A stretch of 64,000 nucleotides of DNA from an uncultured Gemmatimonadota bacterium (lineage in GTDB: Bacteria > Blakebacterota > Blakebacteria > Blakebacterales > Blakebacteraceae), in NCBI GenBank assembly GCA_964637695.1, contig CAZWVF010000002.1, positions 3,445 through 67,444 on the forward strand, written 5' to 3'. The position numbers were made by a program, and so were the translations under genes. The notes below the pieces were generated by a model. That model was given only the letters and a program-made list of their open reading frames with translations, was not told where the DNA came from and made no database searches. Below, piece by piece: positions 1 through 9,910 of this stretch. Position 1 is the stretch's first letter; each line of letters opens with the position of its first letter.

Positions 1-511
1 GACGGGAGTCTCCTGCGCCCTGTATGTGCCGCAGTGCCAGCCAGAGGCAGAGCGCGGTAACCATCATCGAAAGTGAATAGACTTCCGCCTCAACCGCGTT
101 GAACCAGGCGGAGTTGCTGAAAGCATAGGCAAGCGCACCCGTTGCAGCGGATACGGCCTTAACCAGCGGTGAAAAGCCTTCCCAATCCCTCTTCTCCCTC
201 TCCCACAGATGGAGGAATTCAATAATTATGGCGTAGAGGAGCAGCGCTGTTGCTGCAGAGGTGATTACCGATATGTAGTTGATCTCGGCGGCAACGCTGA
301 ATGGAGTGGGCACAATGTTGAAGAGCCTGCCAAGCAGTATGAAGGTGGGCGCGCTGGGCGGGTGGGTAATACCCAGAGAAAAGGAAGCGGCGATAAATTC
401 ACCCGCATCCCAGAAAGCAACCGTCGGAGCGATCGTGATCGTATACACGATCAGAGAAAGACCCCCGACCAGCCAGGCTCCCAGGGATATCGGATCGCGA
501 GACAACTTCAT
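1..511 (-). CDS. DUF2723/TMEM260-like integral membrane protein (GT39-like). Only the N-terminal part is present; the gene continues beyond the window start.
   Basis: Manual minus-strand translation from ATG at 511..509, with GGAG 7 nt upstream: MKLSRDPISLGAWLVGGLSLIVYTITIAPTVAFWDAGEFIAASFSLGITHPPSAPTF... It is open to base 1. It is absent from the ORF track because there is no stop codon inside the window. Confidence 0.5.
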   Translation of the reverse strand, partial: MKLSRDPISLGAWLVGGLSLIVYTITIAPTVAFWDAGEFIAASFSLGITHPPSAPTFILLGRLFNIVPTPFSVAAEINYISVITSAATALLLYAIIIEFLHLWEREKRDWEGFSPLVKAVSAATGALAYAFSNSAWFNAVEAEVYSLSMMVTALCLWLALRHIQGAGDSR

Positions 512-513
512 GC

Positions 514-1662
514 TCAATCTCCTTGCGGCTTCCACTTCCGCCCGTAGATCAGGTCATCAAAACGGAGGGCAATGTACCTTATCCAGGGGTTGAGACGAAT
601 AACCGATCTCACGGAGTTGTGGAACAGATTGTTCCGGTGAGAGAAGGGACAGACCGTCATGCATATGCCGCAGTCACTCCCTGTCTGCCTCCAGAAAGCA
701 TAACACTTCTCCGCATCGGTCGGCCACTTCTCCACCCCCCTCACATCCTCCTTCTCTCCGACAGAGAGCGCCCTGGAAGGGCAGTTTTCGGCGCACTTCA
801 TGCAGATCGTGCAGAATTCATCTGCAGCCAGGCGGATCGGGAGAGATTCCGCCAGATCCATATCGGTTGAAACGGCTCCTATACGTACTCGGCTCCCATA
901 GCGGTCGGCGATCAGGATGTTGTTCCTCCCCAGCTCTCCCAGGCCCGCCTCAACGGCCAGCGGCGGCAGTATCAGGTCGTAATGGGCATCGTAGTGAGCT
1001 TTCGCACTGAATCCTGCACCCTTCAGCACATCCACAACGGTCATCGAGATAACCGCTGCACGCCGGTACTGGTGTGCCGATTCCCTGAGTACCTCAACTC
1101 CAGGTGCCTTCTGCATCTCGTCGAAATCCATTTCAACCAGAAAGAGGATTGCCCCCGGGTGATCGAGCACCACCGGCTCTCCGTAGTCCTCCGCGAATCT
1201 GCCCTTGCGTGAATAGATGTAACCCGGCCGAATGCGGGTGAATCCAACAGCCACTGCCCCCAGTGCTTTCACCATCTCCTTCACCACCAGAATCCGATCT
1301 GCACCCTCTTCCAGTCTCCTCTTCCACGTTTCAACCGATTCGATGTCCGGTTCGATCTCGTAGATGTCCCTGAAGTATTTCCCGGCTTCGAGACTGATCA
1401 CCGGGTCGTAGTGCTTCGAACCGGGCTCGAAAAGTGGTGTCATGGCACGGATCCGGTCGTCGGTCCGTTTCAGTTCCGGTCTTCGGGAGTAGTAATCTTC
1501 GTACTCAGGAGTGCCTTCAGCACGGGCCATGCGTGCGAACATGACATCGCGTTCATCGGCACGGGCATCAGGCTCCCCCGGCGCGGTTTTCGACCTGAAC
1601 AGGTCAACCGGCAGACAGAGGATCAGCAGGAGCAGAGCTCCAACTATCAGAACCGACATCAT
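514..1662 (-). CDS. Epoxyqueuosine reductase (QueG)-like / reductive dehalogenase superfamily 4Fe-4S protein with an N-terminal TM helix.
   Basis: Two ferredoxin-type cluster motifs, CTICMKCAENCP and CGICMTVCPF. The AGLGELGRNNILI segment resembles the QueG core. An N-terminal hydrophobic helix (LIVGALLLLILCL) is present. The start overlaps the fumC stop (TGATG). Confidence 0.55.
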   Translation of the reverse strand: MMSVLIVGALLLLILCLPVDLFRSKTAPGEPDARADERDVMFARMARAEGTPEYEDYYSRRPELKRTDDRIRAMTPLFEPGSKHYDPVISLEAGKYFRDIYEIEPDIESVETWKRRLEEGADRILVVKEMVKALGAVAVGFTRIRPGYIYSRKGRFAEDYGEPVVLDHPGAILFLVEMDFDEMQKAPGVEVLRESAHQYRRAAVISMTVVDVLKGAGFSAKAHYDAHYDLILPPLAVEAGLGELGRNNILIADRYGSRVRIGAVSTDMDLAESLPIRLAADEFCTICMKCAENCPSRALSVGEKEDVRGVEKWPTDAEKCYAFWRQTGSDCGICMTVCPFSHRNNLFHNSVRSVIRLNPWIRYIALRFDDLIYGRKWKPQGD

Positions 1663-3059
1663 TACGATTCCCTGCCACCCTCTGCCAGTCGCCGCGGATC
1701 GAGCAGCTTCTCCAGTTTTCCGCGCGGGATATCGGTCATTTCGGCCGCGACTTCCAGAATACTCCTGCCCTGCGATCCGGCCTCTTTCGCTATCTCGGCT
1801 GCCCTGTCGTAACCTGTCACCGGACTCAATGCTGTTACCAGAATTGGATTGGCTCCCAGCAGGTCCGATATCCTCTCCCGGTTGACCGTAAATCCCGCTA
1901 CCGCTCTGTCGGCCAGCAGTCTGGTTCCCTTTCCGAGAATCGTGATCGACTCCAGGACATTGTGCGCGATCAACGGAAGCATCACGTTCAATTCGAAATT
2001 CCCCCGGCTGTTCCCTTCAGATACGGCCACATCGTTTCCGGCAACCTGGACGCATACCATCATCATCGCTTCGCAGATGACCGGATTGACCTTGCCCGGC
2101 ATGATGCTCGAACCGGGCTGCAGTTCGGGCAGGACGATCTCTCCCAGACCGGCTCCCGGTCCGCTGTTCATCCAGCGCATGTCGTTCGAAATCTTCATCA
2201 GTGCCGAGGCCGCTGTCTTCAGGTGACCGCTCAGTTCGGTCACGGTATCCATCCCGGCCTGGGCTGCGTAGTGCTGGTCGGTCTCAGCAAAGGACAGCCC
2301 GGTTTTCAAGGAGAGTTTCTCTGCAATCCGCATCCCGAATTCCGGATGTGTGTTTATACCGGTGCCGACAGCTGTTCCACCGAGGGCAAGCCCGGCCAGC
2401 CTGGGCAGGCACGACTCCATCCTCTCGGCACTCTGGTCGACCTGATACGCCCAGCCGCTCAACTGCTGTCCCATCGTCACCGGCATGGCGTCCATCAGGT
2501 GTGTCCGACCCGTTTTAACGACATCGACCAGTTCACCGGCTCTTTTCTGCAGCGATTCAGCCAGATGCGTGAACGCCGGAAGGAGCACTTCGGCAACCTG
2601 CAGGTAACTGCTGATATGTATCGCCGCCGGGATCACGTCATTTGATGACTGGCCGAGATTGACATGGTCGTTGGGATGCACCTGCCCCACCCCTGTTTCA
2701 CCGTCGAGGACCTGGCCGGCCCGCCGTGCGATCACCTCGTTGGCGTTCATGTTGGTGGATGTGCCCGAACCCGTCTGGAAGATGTCGATCGGGAATTGCT
2801 CATCCCACTCTCCGGCAGCCACCTCCGCCGCCGCCCGGCCAATCGCTGCTGCCACCGCCGGCTCGAGCAGTCCCAGATCGAGATTCACTTCTGCGGCACA
2901 TTCCTTGATCAGTCCCAGCGCACGGATGAAAACCCGGGGAAACCTCATCCCGCTTATCTCGAAATTGTCCACGGCCCGCTGGGTCTGCGCTCCATAGAGA
3001 GCATCGAGGGGCACCTCGACCTCCCCGAGCGAATCTTTCTCGATACGATGATCAGCCAT
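1662..3059 (-). CDS. fumC: Fumarate hydratase class II.
   Basis: Fumarase/aspartase signature GSSIMPGKVNP. FQTGSGTSTNMN and RTHLMDAMPVTMGQ match FumC. Length is 465 aa. Confidence 0.9.
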   Translation of the reverse strand: MADHRIEKDSLGEVEVPLDALYGAQTQRAVDNFEISGMRFPRVFIRALGLIKECAAEVNLDLGLLEPAVAAAIGRAAAEVAAGEWDEQFPIDIFQTGSGTSTNMNANEVIARRAGQVLDGETGVGQVHPNDHVNLGQSSNDVIPAAIHISSYLQVAEVLLPAFTHLAESLQKRAGELVDVVKTGRTHLMDAMPVTMGQQLSGWAYQVDQSAERMESCLPRLAGLALGGTAVGTGINTHPEFGMRIAEKLSLKTGLSFAETDQHYAAQAGMDTVTELSGHLKTAASALMKISNDMRWMNSGPGAGLGEIVLPELQPGSSIMPGKVNPVICEAMMMVCVQVAGNDVAVSEGNSRGNFELNVMLPLIAHNVLESITILGKGTRLLADRAVAGFTVNRERISDLLGANPILVTALSPVTGYDRAAEIAKEAGSQGRSILEVAAEMTDIPRGKLEKLLDPRRLAEGGRES

Positions 3060-3121
3060 CTGAAATCCTCCAGGATGTAATGGCCTGTAATATACAGTGC
3101 CGTGCGCACTATTATTGTGGC

Positions 3122-3475
3122 ATGCAGATCGAAGAACTGGAACAGGAATGTGATATCGAGTTCACCCGGACGGGCGGACCGGGCGGACAGCACCGTAACA
3201 AGGCGGAGACCGCGGTGCGGGTGACCCACCGCCCGACCGGCATCGTCGTGGTTGCCTCAGAGAGCCGGTCGCAGTACCGCAACCGGATAACGGCACTGGA
3301 AAGGCTCGCCGGAAAACTGCAGGAGCTTGAGCAGGAGAAAGAGGCAGCCGAGAAAAAGAGACTGCGACGCCGCACAAAGCCGAGCAGAATTTCAAGACTG
3401 CGCCGGCTGGAAAAGAAGAAGAAACAGGGGCTGAAGAAGATACTGAGACGCAGGGTCGATCCATCCTCCGATTGA
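3122..3475 (+). CDS. arfB: Alternative ribosome-rescue factor ArfB (peptidyl-tRNA hydrolase, class I release-factor domain).
   Basis: GGQ motif (TGGPGGQHRNK) followed by a Lys/Arg-rich C-terminal tail. The ORF track starts at 3080. The internal ATG at 3122 places GGQ about 21 residues from the start, as in ArfB. Confidence 0.75.
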   Translation: MQIEELEQECDIEFTRTGGPGGQHRNKAETAVRVTHRPTGIVVVASESRSQYRNRITALERLAGKLQELEQEKEAAEKKRLRRRTKPSRISRLRRLEKKKKQGLKKILRRRVDPSSD

Positions 3476-3623
3476 TTCACTCTTATCAGCACTCCTCCAG
3501 AGACAATGAAATAGAAGGTCAAGTTGTATAGACGGGAGAAGCAGGCCTGCGATTCTCTTGCGCGTCAATTGGTTCGGGAATAGACTCCCCCGGAACCCAA
3601 TCAGGAAAACAGGAGTTCCTTCC

Positions 3624-6254
3624 ATGTTCGATTATCTAAGCCGGAATTTTCGTCATCTTTCAAAACTGTCGCGCAGTCTGCCGACCGTTCTCTTACTGCT
3701 GAGCAGTGCAGTCACGGTTGGGGCTCAGCAGCTGCCGAGTCCTGAAAGCTTCCTCGGATTCCCGGTCGGTGCCGACAACAAGCTCGCCCACTGGGATCAG
3801 ATCGTTGAATACATGTATATGGCCGGTGAGGCATCCGACCGGATCATGGTAACCGAACTGGGCAAATCGACACTTGGCAGGCCCTTCATCATGCTGACGA
3901 TCTCTTCCGAGGAGAACATGAGGAACCTCGACCGTCTGAAGGAGATCAACCGCCGGCTCTACGATCCCGACAGCATCACCAGCGAAGCGGAGGCAGAGCA
4001 GCTCATTGCGGAGGGGAAAGTCGTGGTGTGCGTAACCTGCGCGATTCATGCCTCCGAGATCGGCAGTACCCAGATGGCCCTTCTGGTAGTGCACCGTCTC
4101 GCCACCGAGAATTCTCCCTTCATCCAGAATATCCTGGACAACGTCATCTTCCTCTTCATGCCGTGCATCAACCCGGACGGGCAGGCCATGGAGGTGGACT
4201 GGTTCAACCAGACCTTCGGGACCGAGTACGAAGGTGCTGGACTGCCGCAGCTGTACCATTACTACACAGGGCACGACAACAACAGGGATGCCTACATGTT
4301 CACACAGGTAGAAACGCAGCTTGTCGGCAAGGTTCTCTACCACGACTGGTTCCCCGAAGTGTGGCTCGACGAACACCAGATGGGAGCTTCCGGGGCAAGA
4401 ATATTCATCATGCCGGCGGCCGGGCCGCCCAACCCGAACGTCGATCCGTGGATCTACAGGACGGCCGGCCTTCTCGGTTTCGCGCAGGCTCAGGCTCTCG
4501 ACGAAGAGGGCAAGCCCGGCGTGCTCTACGGAGAGAGATTCACCTACTGGTGGCAGGGTGCGATGGCGTGGGCCGGCTGGTGGCACAACATGGTGGGCAT
4601 GCTCTCTGAACTCGCCTCCGCACGCAACATGGCATCACCATCCGATACACCGATCGCACCGGAAGGACCTCCCGTGGTGGAAACCACGGAAGAAGCACCT
4701 ATGGGAGCCCGCCGCGGCGGTGGCGGCCCCCCCAGGGACCTGGCAGCCCGGCCCGAGTACCTCAATCCCTGGAGAGGCGGCCGCTGGGGCCTGGGTGACA
4801 TAGTCGAATACGAGTACATAATCACTTTCGCCCTGCTCGATGCCTGCGCCGATCTGCGCGAGAACATGCTTTCGGGCATCTATGCAGTGAACAGGCGCAC
4901 GGTAGAGAAAGGGAGGGCCGGCAATCCCTCGGCCATACTCATTCCGGCTCGCCAGCACGACGATCCCACGGTGATCAAATTCCTTCAAACCCTTTACATG
5001 GGCGGTCTGAAGATCGACAGGGCCACAGCAGCTTTCACAGCCGACGGCAGGCAGTACCCCGCCGGTACCTTCGTGATCCCGATGGCGCAGGTCTTCCGCA
5101 ACTACGCCAAGGACCTGCTCGAACCGCAGGTCTACCCCTCCACCGAGCGGCCCTACGACGTTTCGGGCTGGAGCCTGGGAATGCAGATGGGGATAGAGAC
5201 GATCTTTGTCGAAGCCCCCTTCGAATACAGCGGCGAAGCGGTCGGGGACGCGCCCATGCCGCCGGGATCGATTGTGGGGAACGGCAGCACCTTCCTGCTC
5301 GATCCGCGCAACAACGACAGCCACGTGGCTGCACTCAGACTGCTGAAGGCGGGTCGCAGAGTCGGGCGGCTCTTTCAGCCCTACAGCGGAAGGGTTGTTG
5401 ACCTGCCTGCGGGCGCATTCGTGGTAAGCGGCTCGGGAGCCAGAGCCGATCTCGAAGCTGCTGCCGCAGAACTGGGCATAACCGTTTACGCGGTCGGACG
5501 CGTCCCGGCTGACATCACGCTGTCACGCGCACCCAGAATCGCGCTCTATCAGGAATGGGGAGGAAACATGGATGAGGGGTGGACCCGCTTTATACTCGAC
5601 AAATTCGAATGGGAACCGATAACCATCCACCCTGAAGACATCCGCGACCAGACCGACCTGGGCAGAAAGTATGACGTCATCCTCTTTCCCGACAGCAGGA
5701 TCGGTTCGATCATCAACGGCCGCGGCGGCAGGACCACCATGCCGCAGTACCGGGGCGGCATAGACGAATCGGGTCTGGATGCCCTGAAAGCCTTTGTGGA
5801 AGATGGCGGCACGATAGCGATGCTCGGCCGCAGTACAGAGCTGGCGATTGAGTATTTCGACGTTCCCTTCAGGGATGCCCTTGCGGGAGTTGAGCGGGGC
5901 GCTTTCGTCTGTCCGGGCTCGATCCTCGAGGTTGAGGTGGATCCGACCGACCCGGTAGCCTGGGGCATGCCCGACAGGGCCGGTGTGATGTTTGCGAGCG
6001 ACCTGGTTCTGCTCCCGACGGCAGCCTTCGGTTCCTCCGTGACAAAGGTAGCGGTCAGATTCGGAGATGAGAATCCGCTGCGGTCAGGCTGGATAGAGGG
6101 TGAGCAGTACATCTTCAATACGATCGGGGCGGCCACTGTAAAATACGGGAAGGGAAATCTCGTGCTGCTGCCGCTCCGCATCCAGCGCAGGGCCCAGACC
6201 CACGGCACATTCAAACTTCTTTTCAACACGTTAATCAACAGCGTGTCCAGATGA
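3624..6254 (+). CDS. Secreted M14-family zinc carboxypeptidase with a large C-terminal extension.
   Basis: Signal peptide MFDYLSRNFRHLSKLSRSLPTVLLLLSSAVTVGAQQ after AGGAG. M14 zinc-site context HASEIGS...NPDG...HDNNRD...DEHQMG. Start chosen at the internal Met preceded by an SD-like sequence. Confidence 0.7.
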   Translation: MFDYLSRNFRHLSKLSRSLPTVLLLLSSAVTVGAQQLPSPESFLGFPVGADNKLAHWDQIVEYMYMAGEASDRIMVTELGKSTLGRPFIMLTISSEENMRNLDRLKEINRRLYDPDSITSEAEAEQLIAEGKVVVCVTCAIHASEIGSTQMALLVVHRLATENSPFIQNILDNVIFLFMPCINPDGQAMEVDWFNQTFGTEYEGAGLPQLYHYYTGHDNNRDAYMFTQVETQLVGKVLYHDWFPEVWLDEHQMGASGARIFIMPAAGPPNPNVDPWIYRTAGLLGFAQAQALDEEGKPGVLYGERFTYWWQGAMAWAGWWHNMVGMLSELASARNMASPSDTPIAPEGPPVVETTEEAPMGARRGGGGPPRDLAARPEYLNPWRGGRWGLGDIVEYEYIITFALLDACADLRENMLSGIYAVNRRTVEKGRAGNPSAILIPARQHDDPTVIKFLQTLYMGGLKIDRATAAFTADGRQYPAGTFVIPMAQVFRNYAKDLLEPQVYPSTERPYDVSGWSLGMQMGIETIFVEAPFEYSGEAVGDAPMPPGSIVGNGSTFLLDPRNNDSHVAALRLLKAGRRVGRLFQPYSGRVVDLPAGAFVVSGSGARADLEAAAAELGITVYAVGRVPADITLSRAPRIALYQEWGGNMDEGWTRFILDKFEWEPITIHPEDIRDQTDLGRKYDVILFPDSRIGSIINGRGGRTTMPQYRGGIDESGLDALKAFVEDGGTIAMLGRSTELAIEYFDVPFRDALAGVERGAFVCPGSILEVEVDPTDPVAWGMPDRAGVMFASDLVLLPTAAFGSSVTKVAVRFGDENPLRSGWIEGEQYIFNTIGAATVKYGKGNLVLLPLRIQRRAQTHGTFKLLFNTLINSVSR

Positions 6255-6326
6255 TGATGCATCTTTCGGCGGGCAGGACCGATCCTCTGATGGGGGACGG
6301 CAACTGATCAGAACGAATCGAGTCTG

Positions 6327-7034
6327 CTATTCGGGAATGCGATCGCGGGTCTTCTGGCTGGTCAGTTCTTTCAATACATCATTGGCGATCCATCGGGAGG
6401 CTTTCGAACCGCTCATCTCAATATCTCTGGCAGCCCCGATCGCCTTCCAGTAGAGCCTGATATTCCGTTTGCCTATCTGTCTCAGCGCCCAGCTGACAGC
6501 TTTCTTTACATAGTTCCTGCCGTCGCTCGAACCTTTGACAATAGCGGGAAGGAACTGCAGGAACTGCGCGTCATCGGCCTCCTTGTCATGGATTGCCAGA
6601 GATGCCATCAGAGCGAAGCCCGCTCTCTTTACGAACTCCGGTTTTCGGTTCGACCAGTCGAGCGCCTTCTCGTATGCGAAGGAGGTCTTGTCGAAGAGGT
6701 TCATGCAGACCTGGTCGCAGACATCCCACGAATCGAATTCCTTCACCCACTTATCTGCAAGGGTCTTTGTCACGCGGCGCGGGTCTCCGACGAACGCCGC
6801 CAGGATCCTGGCCTCATGAATGCCTGTTCCCCACAGGTCCATGGAAAGCTGGTGGTCCCTGCCCGTCTCCTTTGCGATCGTCCTCAACGACGGGATCGAG
6901 ATACCCAGAGTGTTTTCAGGGTTGATCCCGAACCGTGCCATTCCTTCCACGTTATCGGGATCGGCCATTGATTTCAGTTTCTTGACGATCTCCTCAGAAC
7001 GTCTCACCAGCTCTTCTCCTGTATCACGGAACAT
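6327..7034 (-). CDS. DNA alkylation repair protein (AlkC/AlkD-like HEAT-repeat glycosylase family).
   Basis: 235 aa with helical-repeat sequence typical of PF08713-like proteins (WALRQIGKRN, FALMASLAIHD). Confidence 0.7.
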   Translation of the reverse strand: MFRDTGEELVRRSEEIVKKLKSMADPDNVEGMARFGINPENTLGISIPSLRTIAKETGRDHQLSMDLWGTGIHEARILAAFVGDPRRVTKTLADKWVKEFDSWDVCDQVCMNLFDKTSFAYEKALDWSNRKPEFVKRAGFALMASLAIHDKEADDAQFLQFLPAIVKGSSDGRNYVKKAVSWALRQIGKRNIRLYWKAIGAARDIEMSGSKASRWIANDVLKELTSQKTRDRIPE

Positions 7035-7127
7035 TCATTTTTCTATACTGCATCATAATGGTTTTTACTTGATTCGTTTAGAAGATATACCCGGTCCGGG
7101 AGCCTGCTGGAGAAACGCTCCTGGAGA

Positions 7128-9881
7128 GTGAATCAAGCAGAACAGGAGAGCGGAATGCCGAAGGAAGGGAAAAAGTGGGTTGAAGTACTGGTGAAGCTGA
7201 CGGTTCACCGGCCTCGCTGGACACTTCTGGCGGTTGGCCTGGTTACGGTTGTATGTCTGATCCTGATCCAGCACCTGATGATCAGGATGAACTGGACCGA
7301 TCTCCTTCCGGAAAACAACATTCCCTCCCAGCGCTACAGGGAGATAGGAGAGAGATTCGGCGAACAGTCGCTGGTGGTTGTCCTCGAGGGAGAGAGGGAT
7401 GCAATCGTCGCCATGGCCGAGGATCTCGAACCGAAACTCCAGCAGCTCGAAAGCCTTTACAACGTCGTGGGGAAACTCCCCATCGAATACTTCCGCGACC
7501 ATGGATTCGCGCTGGTAAGACCGGATCAGTTCGACCGCATGCTGGGGATGTTCGAAGACTGGTCCCTGGTGGGTTCGATCAGGGGGATCAATGATGACTT
7601 CGAAGGTGAATACACTTCGAGCGAAGAGAATCTGAGACGGGATGAAGTGGATGTGGCCCGCAACATGCTGGGGATCACGAGAGCACTTGAACTGATGTCG
7701 GAGTGCTTCGCAGGTAACGGCGGCCCCGGGAAGATGGCCGAGGCGGCCGACGCCCTCGCTCTGGGTGAACCGTGGCTGCTGTCCCTCGACAGAGAGATGC
7801 TGCTGATCCTGTGCACGGCGGAAGCCGGCACAGACGAACTGGACCTGATCATCTCCACAGTCAAAGAGGTTCACTCCCTGGTAGATGAAGTATCACAGGA
7901 CCACCCGCAGGTCGTTGCCAGCTTCACCGGTCTGGCCCAGATAGGTCTCGACGAGATGCAGAGTGTCGGACTCTATACACAACTGCTCTCCCTGGCAGCC
8001 CTGGTTCTGATCTATATCCTCCTCGCCAGGGAATTTTCCGGCAAGGTTATCCCCCTGCTCGCACTTCTCCCTCTGCTGGTCGGTGTAATATGGGCGCTGG
8101 GTGCCATTAAGATCATTTACGGCAGTCTCAACATAATGACCGCGATGATGATGCTGGTTCTGATCGGTCTGGGTATCGATTTCTCGATCCACCTGATCAC
8201 TCGCTTCAGACAGGAAATCGATGCCGGCAGAGACCTGGAGAATGCGGTTCGCATAACTCTCGGAGGCAGCGGTGTGGGTGTCATGATCGGAGCCTTCACG
8301 ACCGCACTGGCATTTTTCACCCTGATGGTCGGAGATACCAGGGGCGTCCACGAATTCGGTCATGCCGCCGGTCTCGGAGTACTGCTCACCCTGATTACCG
8401 TCTTCCTCATGCTGCCCTCCATGCTGGTCATACGCCAGCGACGCCTGATGAAGAAGATGGGTGAGAAAGACGATGGTGCAGAAGTTGCGGAGCGCTCCTC
8501 ACTCTCGACAAACAACGCCTACAACTGGATCGGTGTTGTGGCCGAAACAGGGTACAGACACCCCCTCCTCTTCCTGTCAGTAGCGGTGATCGTGGTAGCT
8601 GCTTCCGCCTGGGGAAGCCAGCATACCGCCTTCGAATACGATTTCATGGAACTGGAGGCAAAGGGCCTGCGTTCTGTGGAGCTGCAGCGGGAGATCCCCG
8701 ACAGGTACGGCATGTCCGAGCATGCGGCATGGCTCATAACCGATTCGATAGAAGAGAGTCGCGAGATGAAGGAGCTCTTCCGCAACCTGCCCGATGTAGG
8801 TGGAGTGGATGCGATCAGTGATTACCTGCCCTCTGAGGAAAGACTTGTCGAATATGCTCCCAGGCTGACTGAATTCCGGACAACAACGCTTCAACGGAAC
8901 GTCACAGCCTGGCGTGCCGGAGACAGTGAAGCGCTTGCCCGCGAAGTAGAAAGGCTGTGGGACAATCTCGACCTGATGTCCAACCTGGCTTTCACCGCCG
9001 GTCTTGACAGGATCGTAAAAGTGATCGACCAGGTGACCGGTGTGGATTCGGAGACCGGAGAGACAGATCAGAACGCACTGCTGCCCGGCATCTCCCGCCA
9101 GCTTGAGGGCGGCATAGATGATCGCCTGGCACTTCCTTTTGCAGCAGCATGGGCCGGCAGAATGAAGGAGAACCTCCAGCGAATGTCAAATCCGGCCCCT
9201 GTTTCGCCTGACGAACTGCCCCCCCGGGTTCAACGTACATACATGGCCAGGGAAGGCGACGGCTACCTTTTGAACATCATTCCGCGCGGCTACCTGTTCG
9301 AAAAAGAGAGTCTCGATCGATTTGCCGAACAGACCGAAGCGGTCGATCCCGACGTCATCAGCACCGAGAAGCTGTTCCTGGTCATGATGGAGGAGACCCT
9401 GGCCGACGGCAAGAATGCGGCAATACTCGCCCTGCTGGTGATAGCGCTTCTCCTCATCTTCCATTTCCGGGGTTTTGTGGGTTTGCTGGCGATGGTACCG
9501 CTGGTCGTCGGATCGGTTTCGATGCTCGGCCTGATGTACGTGTTCGGAATGAAGTACAACTACATAAACCTGATTGCCACGCCTATCATCCTCGGGATCG
9601 GCATCGATGACGGTGTCCACGCCCTGCACCGGTATCGAGAACAACCGGGAAAAGGTCTTGATCGCGTCTCTTCGAGTTTCCGGCTCGTGGGCAAAGCGAT
9701 CTTTCTGACCTCTTTGACCACGATGATCGGATTCGGCAGTGTTGGTTTCTACGAGATGAGAGGAATGGCCAGTTTCGGTCAGGTGCTCTTCATGGGAGTA
9801 GGAACCTGCTTCATCGGTACGATATTCGTACTGCCTCCCCTGTTGAGGCTGTTTCACCCCAACCGGACGGAGGCTGTCTGA
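7128..9881 (+). CDS. MMPL/RND-superfamily membrane exporter with two transmembrane blocks.
   Basis: 917 aa with two 5-6 helix hydrophobic blocks separated by large soluble domains, the hallmark architecture of RND/MMPL transporters. The exact start is uncertain; MPKEG at 7155 is possible. Confidence 0.65.
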   Translation: MNQAEQESGMPKEGKKWVEVLVKLTVHRPRWTLLAVGLVTVVCLILIQHLMIRMNWTDLLPENNIPSQRYREIGERFGEQSLVVVLEGERDAIVAMAEDLEPKLQQLESLYNVVGKLPIEYFRDHGFALVRPDQFDRMLGMFEDWSLVGSIRGINDDFEGEYTSSEENLRRDEVDVARNMLGITRALELMSECFAGNGGPGKMAEAADALALGEPWLLSLDREMLLILCTAEAGTDELDLIISTVKEVHSLVDEVSQDHPQVVASFTGLAQIGLDEMQSVGLYTQLLSLAALVLIYILLAREFSGKVIPLLALLPLLVGVIWALGAIKIIYGSLNIMTAMMMLVLIGLGIDFSIHLITRFRQEIDAGRDLENAVRITLGGSGVGVMIGAFTTALAFFTLMVGDTRGVHEFGHAAGLGVLLTLITVFLMLPSMLVIRQRRLMKKMGEKDDGAEVAERSSLSTNNAYNWIGVVAETGYRHPLLFLSVAVIVVAASAWGSQHTAFEYDFMELEAKGLRSVELQREIPDRYGMSEHAAWLITDSIEESREMKELFRNLPDVGGVDAISDYLPSEERLVEYAPRLTEFRTTTLQRNVTAWRAGDSEALAREVERLWDNLDLMSNLAFTAGLDRIVKVIDQVTGVDSETGETDQNALLPGISRQLEGGIDDRLALPFAAAWAGRMKENLQRMSNPAPVSPDELPPRVQRTYMAREGDGYLLNIIPRGYLFEKESLDRFAEQTEAVDPDVISTEKLFLVMMEETLADGKNAAILALLVIALLLIFHFRGFVGLLAMVPLVVGSVSMLGLMYVFGMKYNYINLIATPIILGIGIDDGVHALHRYREQPGKGLDRVSSSFRLVGKAIFLTSLTTMIGFGSVGFYEMRGMASFGQVLFMGVGTCFIGTIFVLPPLLRLFHPNRTEAV

Positions 9882-9910
9882 CCGGAACCTGTTTCTGCCT
9901 GAACCGATCG

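Noticed and set aside
3693-5324. Several 200-300-aa ORFs on the minus strand (3693..4586, 4635..5324, 5549..6262) inside the M14 peptidase gene.
   Set aside because: Antisense to the convincing peptidase ORF. Low-complexity, Arg/Gly-rich products. Artefacts of high GC.
7065-7874. 269-aa ORF on the minus strand, opposite the MMPL transporter.
   Set aside because: Entirely antisense to a well-supported 917-aa transporter gene. Arg/Pro/Gly-rich translation typical of a GC-rich antisense frame. No motif.
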